Virus record (IMG/VR): IMGVR_UViG_3300042923_000692
Location: 26,709-90,708 of that record
DNA from: a virus
Lineage: Duplodnaviria > Heunggongvirae > Uroviricota > Caudoviricetes
Direction: 5' to 3' (one strand)
Length of the DNA: 64,000 nt
In this document: one piece after another, positions 44,501 through 53,633 of the stretch
Numbering within the stretch: position 1 is the stretch's first letter
Layout: every line of letters starts with the position of its first letter
The notes under the pieces: model-generated
The model's input: the letters and a program-made list of their open reading frames with translations, nothing else
Databases searched by the model: none
What the model was told of the DNA's origin: nothing
Translations under genes and position numbers: made by a program

Positions 44501-46667
44501 GACCGATAAGAGCACCGCCGAGGATCCACAGCTTACCGGCGCCGGTGACCAAACGGTCCATAAGAACCATCATGCCAGCCAACTGACCAAACATGATCGT
44601 CATCGCTCCGAGAACGATAAACAGCTTGGCGGTATCGACGAACGAAAGAGCCACGACCGCGGCCGTGAGCAAACCGATCGCGATGGCGATACCCATAAGG
44701 GACGCAGCCTTGAGTGTGTTCTGCATCTCGTCGAAAGTGTCGGTCATGGCGGTAAAGACACCCTTAATGGTGTCGACCATGCCGCCGCCCTCCTTCTTAT
44801 CGAAGATTCCCTTGATGAAATCAAAGGCCTTCTTAAGAATGATGCCGATACCAGTAAGAGCTCCGACGTTCAACAGACCCACAAGGACGTTGAAGTCCAT
44901 GGTTTCGAAGAAATCGCCCAAGACCTTCTTGGCGTCACGGAAGAAGTTTCCGAGTTCGACCCACACCGGAGCGAGGAACTCACCGATCTTCTTGAATGCG
45001 TTTGCTACTGCTTCCCAAGCAGCTGCGAGATCCCACGTAGATACCGCATTAACGGTCCAGGCGCCAAGTTCACGCAGCTTATCGATCGGATACTGGAGAA
45101 CATTGCCCAAGAACTCGAAGATCTTGTTCAATGCATCGCCGTTCTTGATGGCGTCTCGAACCTTAACCAGCCAGTCACCAATACCCGCAGTAACGGCAAG
45201 AACTCCACCGGCGCCCTCGGTAGCCGCTCCGAAGAGTCGACCGAAGAGACCGATGACCTGCTTGATGATCATCCAACCAATGTCGAGAACCGCGAAGACG
45301 CCCATAAAGGTACTCTTCAGGTTCTTCATCGTCTCGGCAGACGGCTTCATGCTCTCCGCGAAGAGCTTGAAGTTGTTTGCCATGACCAGAAGGTTGTGGA
45401 TGGTGATCGGCGGGAATATCTCCTTGAACGCGCTCTGGATGGGCATGATGTACATCTTCACGGCTTGCCAGATACTGGCGATGCCGGAAAGAATGTTATC
45501 GCGCCCTCCCATTTTGACGAATCCACGAATGAGATCGTTGCGGGTCTCGGCCATGTGACCGATGACGCCACCGAGCTCGTCATTGACGGCCGTCCAGAGA
45601 TCTGTAGCCTGGTTGAAGTCACCGATCAGGAGATCGAAAGTTTCAGACCAACCCGATCCGACAGACTCCTGCATGGTACCAAGAAGCTGCGTAAAGGTAC
45701 GAACCTTCGTAGCCGCATTCTCAGACATCTCTTGCTGGGCCTTGAATGTGGCGATCTGAGCATCAGACAGACCCAGAGATGCCTGAGTAGCTGCGTCCAT
45801 ATCGCCGGCCATGATCTTGAGATAGTTCGACATGACATCTGCCGACAGCCAGTTATGCTCAAGCGAACCGTTGAAGTTCTTAGAGGCTTCTTCCGCAGAA
45901 GTAGTCTCGTCATTGAACATACCCATAGACTCGGCGATCTCGATGAGACCGTTCTGCATGTTCTTGTTACCCATACCCACATTCTGGAGCGAACGCCAGT
46001 CCATGAGTCGAATAGTACCTGCAGAAAGAGCCTGAGAAAGCTGATAGGCAGCACCGGCGGCGCCCTGGGCGTTAGTGCCAGAGGCCGCGGCTTCGTTGGA
46101 GAAACCCTTGATGAGGGACGTTGCTTCGCCGATCTGAAGACCGGCATTGGTGAACAGACCAATGTTCTTGGTCATGTCTCCGAAGTTATAGATGGTCTTA
46201 TCGGCGTACGTGTTGAGCGCGTCAAGATTGGCTGTAACTTCGGGAAGCTGAGTCCCGTATCGAGCGGTGTTGGAGAGGATGGTTTGAATCGAGCCCATCT
46301 TGAGCTCGTACTCAGCGAATCCCGCCTTGACTGGATCGATGGTGAGCGACTTAGCGATGGTTATACCGGCATCCACCGCACGATTGGCGATGTTGGCGAG
46401 CGCGGTAATCGCGACTACAGACATCGCGCCGAACTTAGACGCGATTTCCGAAACGCCATCGGCGAGGCTAGTCAGAGAGAAGTTTTTCCCGGCTCGATCC
46501 AGATCATTAAGACCCTTAGCCGCGTCCCCCAGATTCAAGCCTTGCTTCAGTTTTTCGAGAGCCTTGCTTGTGTCGGCAACGCCCTTTTGGAACTGATCGC
46601 CGTTAAATTTCATTCCGACGACGCGTTCGTCGATCTTGCTACTCATGCAGTGGTCACCTCCGTCCAA
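41562..46667 (-). CDS. tape measure protein
   Basis: 1701 aa; coiled-coil ends and long hydrophobic Ala/Gly/Ile-rich repeats typical of tape measure proteins. Confidence 0.85.
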   Translation of the reverse strand: MDGGDHCMSSKIDERVVGMKFNGDQFQKGVADTSKALEKLKQGLNLGDAAKGLNDLDRAGKNFSLTSLADGVSEIASKFGAMSVVAITALANIANRAVDAGITIAKSLTIDPVKAGFAEYELKMGSIQTILSNTARYGTQLPEVTANLDALNTYADKTIYNFGDMTKNIGLFTNAGLQIGEATSLIKGFSNEAAASGTNAQGAAGAAYQLSQALSAGTIRLMDWRSLQNVGMGNKNMQNGLIEIAESMGMFNDETTSAEEASKNFNGSLEHNWLSADVMSNYLKIMAGDMDAATQASLGLSDAQIATFKAQQEMSENAATKVRTFTQLLGTMQESVGSGWSETFDLLIGDFNQATDLWTAVNDELGGVIGHMAETRNDLIRGFVKMGGRDNILSGIASIWQAVKMYIMPIQSAFKEIFPPITIHNLLVMANNFKLFAESMKPSAETMKNLKSTFMGVFAVLDIGWMIIKQVIGLFGRLFGAATEGAGGVLAVTAGIGDWLVKVRDAIKNGDALNKIFEFLGNVLQYPIDKLRELGAWTVNAVSTWDLAAAWEAVANAFKKIGEFLAPVWVELGNFFRDAKKVLGDFFETMDFNVLVGLLNVGALTGIGIILKKAFDFIKGIFDKKEGGGMVDTIKGVFTAMTDTFDEMQNTLKAASLMGIAIAIGLLTAAVVALSFVDTAKLFIVLGAMTIMFGQLAGMMVLMDRLVTGAGKLWILGGALIGLATAMVIFAAAVKIMASMDWVELARGLSAMAIGLALMVAAMKLLDGKGLGVKLMVSAGAMVVLATAIVIMAGALKIMATMSWDDILRASAMLAGSVAIMVGAGKLAQKGVGGTAALLGLGVTMAIMAGALKVFSTMGWDDIGRAITVMGATVGILVGAVAILSTLKMAPVGAATMIAMAIAITILTGAMKIFATFSWDEIGRSLVMLAGSLAILAGAMALMGIPIVALGGLALFVVSAGLMMLAPALALLGTMSWDAIGRGLTVLGASIAILAVGGLLLIPASVGFLLLGTAIMLIGTGAYLAGAGLLMMSAGLVALAAAGTLGTEALKAAVEVIIGLIPTAMAAFAQGIIDFALVIAGGATEFTAAMTTLITSLLNAINTTAPLVIDTIWNLVVMLVNKVVEGVPFFVDAGMRLLIGILDGIANNVGRLIDSATAVIVNFIDGIARNLPTIIQSGANLIISFVEGLAQGIRNNKARMQTAAKELASEIISGLTFGLSDGIGQVMDAARRVAENALNAAKNFLGIASPSKEFIKVGKFATEGFVKGLTGSNDEINAATKTMREALTSAIEGSDKTIEKATDRLKTLTKARKLDYEEIRKQRAIIAEATAEKKRASAALKTLNEDMDDERDHLRALSKDYDKVTTKLEEARKKLEDAKKTRDDYAKSLKDQFDNLPSIDGNTTQRSYYTDLKTQVKETLEFTEKLQELRSMGLNDALYEQLLSSGTAALPFMDDILAQGKGGVAELNSMSKQLTKASSTLGSTASKSLYQAAVDSAAGLVEGLKKQEKAISSQMDKIATAMVETIKKKLGIKSPSREFMKLGKFTSEGLALGIRKNANLVNKAGEFVGDGAIHAVRKSIEAISSAVMTDVNVEPTIRPVLDLSAIRKDSGQLDGILNPAALKVDKGYAYATNIASATEQVEQMKLEFAAESSGGDTYYTQNNYSPKALSQAEIYRNTRNQLSVAKGKVTTNNALPSGGTN

Positions 46668-47020
46668 AGGTCAGCTAAAATCTGTTCAAAAATCGGTCGC
46701 ATAGCGGGGTTGATAAAATCTCTACCCTGAACGTATCCGCCGGTTCCGGTTCCGTGACCGTATTGGATTCCGATAACCACCGGAAAACCATTCTCAATAT
46801 CCGAGTTAGTCCAGTTGATCTCGAAAGACCCCCGAGATCTACGGGTTTCGTATCCCCAAGAATTGGCAGCCAAACTGGAATCTATAGGCGTGGCCGCAGC
46901 CAAAGCAGACACGCCTCTTTTACCAACCCGCTGAAGAATACTGGCGAAATCCGCCTTGGTCATACGCCTAAGGAAGCGATCAGTGTTCTTAAAGTCACCT
47001 TTATGTTCGAACACAATCAT
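46643..47020 (-). CDS. hypothetical protein (tail assembly region)
   Basis: start taken at the second ATG (MIVFEHKG) after a GGGAG SD. Confidence 0.5.
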   Translation of the reverse strand: MIVFEHKGDFKNTDRFLRRMTKADFASILQRVGKRGVSALAAATPIDSSLAANSWGYETRRSRGSFEINWTNSDIENGFPVVIGIQYGHGTGTGGYVQGRDFINPAMRPIFEQILADLWTEVTTA

Positions 47021-47044
47021 GTTTACTCCCATTTTGACGAAAAC

Positions 47045-48127
47045 CTATACGGATTCGATACTCAACCAAGTTCGGGTGGTGCTGTTACCCATGGCCACGG
47101 TACCCGTAGAACCTCGAGCCCCCTCGATGGTAAAGGATTCCCCGACAGAGAACTCTCTATAGATGTTGGTGAAATTCACAGTCGAGATTCCGAGTGTATC
47201 GGCGCGGCCGTGTACCGCATAGAGATTAGAACCCTCGTAGTCAAACAAGAATTGAACAAGGACCGGTGCCGAAGCAGTCCCAACACTTATGCTTCCCGAG
47301 ATAGCGTAAATCCCGTCTCGAGTACAAGTCCAAGTACCGCCCGTGGTGTATGTAAAGTCGGGGTGCGCGTAGGTGATTGTGTCGAAAGGGATGATCTGAG
47401 CCGTGGTTGTCAACGCCATAACCGACGAAGACCGATAGAATCCATAAGTGAATTCCTGAACCCACGGCTCCCAAGTAGCACCACCATCGTATGAGTCTCG
47501 AACCCAACGACGACGATCCAGAATTCCGGTGGCGTCGGTGAACACCCTTCGGAATTCCTGACGAATGAAGCTTTCGGTACTATCGACCGCTCGATAAACT
47601 ACGAGCAATCCGAGATTAGTAACGGTCGCGGTGTTCAATGCCGTGTTTAGAACTCGGTACTGCCCCGGAAGTACGCAGTCGTTACAATCCACAACGTCAT
47701 CGCCGATGACCAAAGAGGTCGGTTCGTAAGGAGTGAATGTCGCCGGCGCAGTCATAGTGCGTCGGTACGTGACCCCAGACATCGCATCGGCATCCGAATT
47801 GGAGAGGTCTTGAATGAGCTTCCCCGAAGGTCCGACTCGAACAAGTCCACTCCAACTCTTCGACGGATCGGGAGAGTTAGTGGCGCCAACAGCACTGGTG
47901 TAGAAACCCGGCTCGACGGCTAGGTTCCAATCCGAAGTGGTCTGGCCGCCATTGTTAAGTCGATTCGGAAGATCCGCAGGATCACCCTTTACGTAACCGG
48001 CATCGATAGTTCCGCCATCTTGCCTCGTTAGAATAAGATGGTTGGACAGATCTACAGCGCCTGAAACAATACAAGACGCCTCAATAGCTAGCATTCGTTC
48101 TTTAGTTAGACCACTCACGGTAGCCAT
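47045..48127 (-). CDS. structural (tail) protein
   Basis: 360 aa; beta-rich, T/S/G-rich. Confidence 0.5.
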   Translation of the reverse strand: MATVSGLTKERMLAIEASCIVSGAVDLSNHLILTRQDGGTIDAGYVKGDPADLPNRLNNGGQTTSDWNLAVEPGFYTSAVGATNSPDPSKSWSGLVRVGPSGKLIQDLSNSDADAMSGVTYRRTMTAPATFTPYEPTSLVIGDDVVDCNDCVLPGQYRVLNTALNTATVTNLGLLVVYRAVDSTESFIRQEFRRVFTDATGILDRRRWVRDSYDGGATWEPWVQEFTYGFYRSSSVMALTTTAQIIPFDTITYAHPDFTYTTGGTWTCTRDGIYAISGSISVGTASAPVLVQFLFDYEGSNLYAVHGRADTLGISTVNFTNIYREFSVGESFTIEGARGSTGTVAMGNSTTRTWLSIESV

Positions 48128-48139
48128 GAGACCCCCTTC

Positions 48140-48916
48140 TTAAAGAGAACTGATCGTGTATGAATTCGAATCGATAAATATAGCGCTCGGCCAGGTGATT
48201 TCGAAACTGGTAGCGTCGAGCATTACAATGGCGTCATCCGGACCTTCTGCAGTCCAAGACCCATCGCCGTGATCTGTGATGCGGAGAATCGAAGCCTCTT
48301 CGAACAACTCTATAACTTCGTCCATCGACGGAAATCTAGGATCGTTGAGATCGTCGCCGTAGAGAATATTCTCCAAAGCTTCAATGGCCCACGAGTAAGC
48401 CCTGGTCGAGTCGACAATCAAGTGTGCCGTGCGCTCACCAGTCGACAAAATAATAGGGGTCGTGGTTAGTTCCCAACCGAAATTAATCGGTTCTAGGCCA
48501 GAGTTTATAGACGTGTTGTCTACACCGGCGGGGGTAACCATAGCATTATAAACGAGGTGAATCTTGTATCCAGACTCGATCTCTGAATCTATACCGACAC
48601 CAGTTCGATATGAAAAATTAAAGGGCAATTTCGGTTGTCCCGAAACTCTGTCTACAAGTCCCGAAAATGGTTCGAAAGCTTCGGGATATGTGATCGCCTG
48701 GATCTCCGCAGCAAAGCTTTCATTCTTCGTTTGGATTCGAAACTTTCGACCATCCACGAAGTTTTCGGAAATATCCGAACCGGAAGGAGCCTCTGTAACC
48801 GAGACCAGACCATTCCACGGAATTCCTACGCCGTCCAAAACGGGGTAGAAAACGCCTCGGTCAACGCCGATGTCGTAGGAACGTTTGCTGGGATCATCCC
48901 AAACAAGTCTAGTCAT
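48140..48916 (-). CDS. major-tail-like protein, paralog 4
   Basis: 258 aa; N-terminal LVWDDPSKRSYDIGVDRGVFYP...WNGL block shared with 51572..52414, 52414..53043 and 53634..54515. Confidence 0.55.
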   Translation of the reverse strand: MTRLVWDDPSKRSYDIGVDRGVFYPVLDGVGIPWNGLVSVTEAPSGSDISENFVDGRKFRIQTKNESFAAEIQAITYPEAFEPFSGLVDRVSGQPKLPFNFSYRTGVGIDSEIESGYKIHLVYNAMVTPAGVDNTSINSGLEPINFGWELTTTPIILSTGERTAHLIVDSTRAYSWAIEALENILYGDDLNDPRFPSMDEVIELFEEASILRITDHGDGSWTAEGPDDAIVMLDATSFEITWPSAIFIDSNSYTISSL

Positions 48917-48945
48917 TCGGGAGGCTCCTTCCGGGCAGATATGTA

Positions 48946-49584
48946 TTAGTCGATGATGTTATCCGAGACAATTCGAGCAAGCCACAGAATGGCGTTGTCT
49001 GTTGTCACGGCGTTCTGATCGACCGCTTTTCGATACTGATACATGGATCCCATAGCATCAGTGATGGATTTTTGTCGCTGCGTGATTGCAACAATCGCGT
49101 CGCGAATGGCATTCATCTGTGCCTGACTGTACGTAGCTCCTGGCGCGAAAGCCTGAATCTGCGTAATATGTGTAGCGATCTGATTAGACAGCGCGTCGGC
49201 CTGACCCTTAAGGATGTCAGCCTGAGCAATGTCATCTTGAGCAGCAGTTCGAGCCGCAGTAATATCGGCGATTCCCGAAGCCAACTGAGTGAGCAGGATA
49301 TTCCTTTCGGAATTAACCAACTCATTCTCGATCTCTTCTACAGTCTTTTCTCGCTGGGTCCACACTTGAGTGATGGTGTTCTCCGAATACACATACGAGG
49401 AAACCCAAGTAATAGTCTCGGTATCTGCCGGTCGGGCAGCTTCTGTGATAAGATACCATCCGGCCAAAGCCAGAGTTGAAGGATTCCTATCTCGAAGATC
49501 CCACCATCGAACGCCGTCGAAAATCGTATGAGGCGGTTGACCGATAGAATCAACCGTAGTTCCCGTTACGTGTCCATAAACCAT
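48946..49584 (-). CDS. hypothetical structural protein
   Basis: 212 aa. Confidence 0.5.
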   Translation of the reverse strand: MVYGHVTGTTVDSIGQPPHTIFDGVRWWDLRDRNPSTLALAGWYLITEAARPADTETITWVSSYVYSENTITQVWTQREKTVEEIENELVNSERNILLTQLASGIADITAARTAAQDDIAQADILKGQADALSNQIATHITQIQAFAPGATYSQAQMNAIRDAIVAITQRQKSITDAMGSMYQYRKAVDQNAVTTDNAILWLARIVSDNIID

Positions 49585-49627
49585 TAAGCAACTCCTGCCG
49601 CTTTAGCGTGTACTAAAATATATACGG

Positions 49628-51571
49628 TCAAGCCAGATCCCCAATAAGAATCCACGAGTTTGCCGCATACTTAACGGCGGTCATCGAAGACCACTGAGCG
49701 CGAGCAACCAACGAAGGAGTACCGTTGACAGTAGCCCCGGATCCAGCAACGAAAGTCGCAAGACCCGTGTTGATGATTGAGAAATCAATCTGAGTACCGA
49801 TCGGGAAAGCTACCGTCGCATCCGAAGGAAGCGTTACCGTGATCGCAGCAGTATTAGACAGAGTAACCAGTTTGCCCTGATCCGTAAGGACTGGTGCATA
49901 CGTGGTACCAGTCTGCGGATTTACTCCGACATACAAACCTCTAGTCGCAGTAACGCCCGCCGAAGTGGCAGCCTTTGTTGTATCGGTTCCGGTTACAACG
50001 TCCGAACTAGAAGCTAGCTGGAGGATGCCGGCTGAGGCAACTGAGCCCGTTACGAGACCCATTGTCGTTCCGGAAATAGAAAAAACGGTAGACACCGACA
50101 AAGGAGCGAATGCCCCCGCCGAATCATCCCAGAACATGATACGATCACCATTAGGATCGGCAAATGCCGTAACCTTAGCATTCAGCGCCGTTTGAAGATC
50201 CGTCTGAGAAGACAGAGTTCCGGTAATCGTACCCCAAGAGGCACCACCGCCACCGCCGCCCGCGGCTACAGGACTCACAACCCAAGTATTGGCCGCGGTC
50301 TTAATCACTCGAGTTACGGTCCACTGCGAAGCTGTCAAAGCCACACCAGTTACCGTAGCGCTAGCGCCAGCTGCAAATGTCGCAGTTCCTGCGCCGAGAG
50401 TAACGAAAATGATTTCCGTACCAATCGGGAATGCCGTGGTGGCATCCGAAGGAAGCGTGACCGTGATCGCCGCAGCGTTAGACAGAGTGACAACCTTACC
50501 CTGATCCGCAAGGACAGGAGCGTAAGTTGTACCCGTTTGCGCATTTACCGCAACATACAACCCTCTTGTCGCGGTAACGCCTGCCGAAGTGACAGCCTTT
50601 GTTGAGTCCGTTCCAGTTACAACTTCCGAATTAGTGGCTAGCTGTAGAATACCAGCAGAACCCGTGGATCCAGTAATTAGACCCATCGTTGTTCCGGAAA
50701 TAGAAAAGGCTGAAGACACCGACAAAGGAGCAAACGCTCCAGCGGAATCGTCCCAGAACATGATACGATCGGCATTCGGATCGGCAAATGCCGTAACCTT
50801 AGCATTCAGCGCCGTTTGAAGATCCGTCTGAGAAGACAGAGTTCCGGTAATCGTACCCCAGGACGCAGCGCCTCCACCGCCGCCGGCAGCCACGGGGCTG
50901 ACAACCCAGGTATTAGCTGCAGTCTTAATCACTGTAGTCACGGTCCACTGCGAGGCAGTCAGGGCTACTCCAGTTACAGCGGCGCTAGCGCCAGCTGCAA
51001 ATGTCGCAGTGCCGGCCCCGGTAGTAACGAAGACGATTTCCGTACCAATCGGGAACGCTGTAGTAGCATCCGAAGGAAGCGTAACCGTGATCGCAGCGGC
51101 GTTAGACAGAGTAACGACTTTACCCTGATCCGCAAGAACTGGGGCATAGGTCGTACCGGTCTGTGCATTCACCGCAACGTACAAACCGCGAACTGCCGTC
51201 AGACCCGCCGGAGTAACCACTCGAGCGGCATCGGTACCGGTGATCGTTTCTGCGTTGGTTGCCAGTTCCGAAATACCAGTCAGCGAAGTAGTCGCCGACC
51301 GAACCGTGGGGGCCGCGGCAGTACCACCGAGATGGTTGGTGAGTTGCACGACACCTTTTGTCGAGGTGGTAGCATCCGCAACAGTAATCGAAATGCTATC
51401 GAGGGCGTCATCCGACACAACACTCAAGTTGACATGAGAACCCGCGGAAAGCGACGCGTTGATCACATCTCGAATAGCTTCGGCGATGGTTTCGCTGGTC
51501 GCCAATGCCAGGATAACCTCAGCTGGGAGATTATAACCTTCATCTACCGCAACCACAAGATTATAAGGCAT
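49628..51571 (-). CDS. tail fibre-like protein with three ~208-aa near-identical tandem repeats
   Basis: 647 aa; G/T/A-rich; DNA repeat period ~623 bp. Confidence 0.6.
   Translation of the reverse strand: MPYNLVVAVDEGYNLPAEVILALATSETIAEAIRDVINASLSAGSHVNLSVVSDDALDSISITVADATTSTKGVVQLTNHLGGTAAAPTVRSATTSLTGISELATNAETITGTDAARVVTPAGLTAVRGLYVAVNAQTGTTYAPVLADQGKVVTLSNAAAITVTLPSDATTAFPIGTEIVFVTTGAGTATFAAGASAAVTGVALTASQWTVTTVIKTAANTWVVSPVAAGGGGGAASWGTITGTLSSQTDLQTALNAKVTAFADPNADRIMFWDDSAGAFAPLSVSSAFSISGTTMGLITGSTGSAGILQLATNSEVVTGTDSTKAVTSAGVTATRGLYVAVNAQTGTTYAPVLADQGKVVTLSNAAAITVTLPSDATTAFPIGTEIIFVTLGAGTATFAAGASATVTGVALTASQWTVTRVIKTAANTWVVSPVAAGGGGGGASWGTITGTLSSQTDLQTALNAKVTAFADPNGDRIMFWDDSAGAFAPLSVSTVFSISGTTMGLVTGSVASAGILQLASSSDVVTGTDTTKAATSAGVTATRGLYVGVNPQTGTTYAPVLTDQGKLVTLSNTAAITVTLPSDATVAFPIGTQIDFSIINTGLATFVAGSGATVNGTPSLVARAQWSSMTAVKYAANSWILIGDLA
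49900..51300. repeat. tandem direct repeat (~623 bp x ~2.3) inside the fibre gene
   Basis: e.g. caaatgccgtaaccttagcattcagcgccgtttgaagatccgtctgagaagacagagttccggtaatcgtacccca at 50161 and again at 50784. Confidence 0.7.
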
Positions 51572-52414
51572 TTATGTCCCCAAAATGTAAAGCCCGGGCG
51601 TAGAAGTGGCGCCCAGTCTGGATCCAACAGGAATAAGGTAGAAACCTTCGACGTTCGAAATTTCGAGATCGGTATCGATACTGATTGTCGTGGATATGGG
51701 ATACAAACCAGTGAAAGTATCCGGGAATATCGTGAACGACAATGTCGGAATGAAGTTAGCAAAGAGTTCCATAACTTCAACCACGGAGGGCAGATATGGG
51801 TCGTTACTATCGGATCCGTAAAGCAAGTCCTCGAGTTGTATCATCAACGCCGAAGGCGTCTTTCGAGAATCCACAACAAAATGAGCACTAGGCCGATATC
51901 CAACGATGTCCGGAGGAAGAGTGGAAATTTCCCAACTAAGAGTTAGCAGATCGATCGAATCACTTCTAGATTTGTTCTCTCTTGTCGACACCGAAGCCAA
52001 TGCGTTGTATACAAGATGAATCTTGTACGCATGATCGATACCGTCATCGTCGTTTCCGATTCTTGTCCGATACGCCATACCGAAAGGTTTGCGAGTTTGC
52101 TGCGTAACAAACAGTCCGGGAAGGAATTCCTTAGACCCGTCACATTCGAGCAATTCGAATGGTGCAGAAACCGCTTCGATGGTTGCTGAAAATTCCTCAT
52201 CGGAAGAAACGTTCAGGTATTTATAACCATCGAGATAATATGGTTGAGGATCCCCACCGGAAGGAGCTTCCGATACTCCAGTAAGACCATTCCAAGGAAC
52301 TCCAGGCCCAACCTGAGGATAGAGAACTCCTCGATCTACGCCTACTTCGAAGTATCGTTTTCCGATGGTTCCCCAAGTAAGTCGAGCCACAATTCCTCCT
52401 TCCGGAATGATCAT
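51572..52414 (-). CDS. major-tail-like protein, paralog 3
   Basis: 280 aa; conserved N-terminal block. Confidence 0.55.
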   Translation of the reverse strand: MIIPEGGIVARLTWGTIGKRYFEVGVDRGVLYPQVGPGVPWNGLTGVSEAPSGGDPQPYYLDGYKYLNVSSDEEFSATIEAVSAPFELLECDGSKEFLPGLFVTQQTRKPFGMAYRTRIGNDDDGIDHAYKIHLVYNALASVSTRENKSRSDSIDLLTLSWEISTLPPDIVGYRPSAHFVVDSRKTPSALMIQLEDLLYGSDSNDPYLPSVVEVMELFANFIPTLSFTIFPDTFTGLYPISTTISIDTDLEISNVEGFYLIPVGSRLGATSTPGLYILGT

Positions 52415-53043
52415 TAAGAGAATAGAGTTACCAATTCGGTCGCCGGCGGAAGTCTCGGATCGTTAAGATCGTCACCGTAGAGAATGGTTTCGAGTGTTTC
52501 GACGACTAGTGGATTCGCTCTGGTGGAGTCGACTACAAAATGCGCGGTCGGTTTAATCCCGATGACTCGTTCCGGAGACGTTGTAATGTTCCAAGATAGC
52601 GAAGTTGGAGAAATAGAATCCCCCAAAGTCGCGTTGTCTCGAGATGTTGGTGAAATCAAAGCCCGATAAACCAGATGTAGCTTATACCCATAGTCCAGGT
52701 CCGAGTCGCTACCGATCATAGTTCGATAGCAAAATCCAAAACTAAAGCGGCGCTGATGGCCGATGAATAGGCCATTTGTAATCCCCATCAAACCATCGAA
52801 GTCCGGAAAACCATCCGGTGGAGAATATGCCTCGATCTCAGCTTCAAACTCTTCGGATGAAGCGACATTTAGATACTTCTTACCGTCTATAAAATACGGT
52901 CGAGGTTCTCCATCAGACGGCGATTCGCTAACCGAGATGATACCATCCCAGACAATTCCGGGGGAGTTGTTGGGGTAGACTACCCCTCGGTCAACGCCGC
53001 TCTCGAAGAATCGTTCTCCGGTCGATGCCCAATTAAGTCTCAC
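52414..53043 (-). CDS. major-tail-like protein, paralog 2
   Basis: 209 aa; conserved N-terminal block. Confidence 0.55.
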   Translation of the reverse strand: MRLNWASTGERFFESGVDRGVVYPNNSPGIVWDGIISVSESPSDGEPRPYFIDGKKYLNVASSEEFEAEIEAYSPPDGFPDFDGLMGITNGLFIGHQRRFSFGFCYRTMIGSDSDLDYGYKLHLVYRALISPTSRDNATLGDSISPTSLSWNITTSPERVIGIKPTAHFVVDSTRANPLVVETLETILYGDDLNDPRLPPATELVTLFS

Positions 53044-53055
53044 CCCAACCCCCGT

Positions 53056-53598
53056 CTATCCGGTAGTGCCTAGTTGTTTCTGACGCTGCTCATTAAGAGA
53101 ACGATTGCGAGCCGCGAGTTCAGCTCTAGACATCTTCTTCTGAGGCTTGTTCTTCTCATTCATAACTCGAATTAGCGTGAACAACTGATTCAGATGTCGA
53201 GTTTCATACTCTAGCGGTATGTTGAATGAGATCATCCAGTATCGAATAATCTCATTAGTAATTATCTCCCGAGATGGTCTTCCCGGAAGTGAAGAAAAAG
53301 TGGTAGCGGTCATGTTAGATTCGATATAGTCGTTAATCTTGTTAACGTTGTCTTTACCGAGTCTAAACATAACGCTACCATCAACATTTTCATCCAAGCA
53401 CATTGCATGAATGTATGCATACGTCTCTTCGGTAGTCTTCTCGCCGTTCCCTAGGAATGGCTTTTCAAAGATTGACTCCCATTTTGAAAGGGAGACCAGG
53501 GAATGCTCAAGCACCAGAACAGTCTCTGGAGTAGTGACGAATTGCTCCGTCGACTCGTCCCAAGACTCAACGCCCGGCACTGTTATTGTAACTGGCAT
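53056..53598 (-). CDS. tail-assembly-chaperone-like protein
   Basis: 180 aa; basic C-terminus; placed right after the major tail gene, but the tape measure gene is not adjacent. Confidence 0.4.
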   Translation of the reverse strand: MPVTITVPGVESWDESTEQFVTTPETVLVLEHSLVSLSKWESIFEKPFLGNGEKTTEETYAYIHAMCLDENVDGSVMFRLGKDNVNKINDYIESNMTATTFSSLPGRPSREIITNEIIRYWMISFNIPLEYETRHLNQLFTLIRVMNEKNKPQKKMSRAELAARNRSLNEQRQKQLGTTG

Positions 53599-53633
53599 TC
53601 CCCGGTCTCCTTTCAGACGTGGATCACCCCTTG

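Noticed and set aside
44593-45558. Plus-strand ORFs (43609..44586, 44593..45558, 45396..46730) opposite the tape measure gene
   Set aside because: Antisense shadows of a long, compositionally biased gene; Ala/Pro/Arg-rich nonsense.
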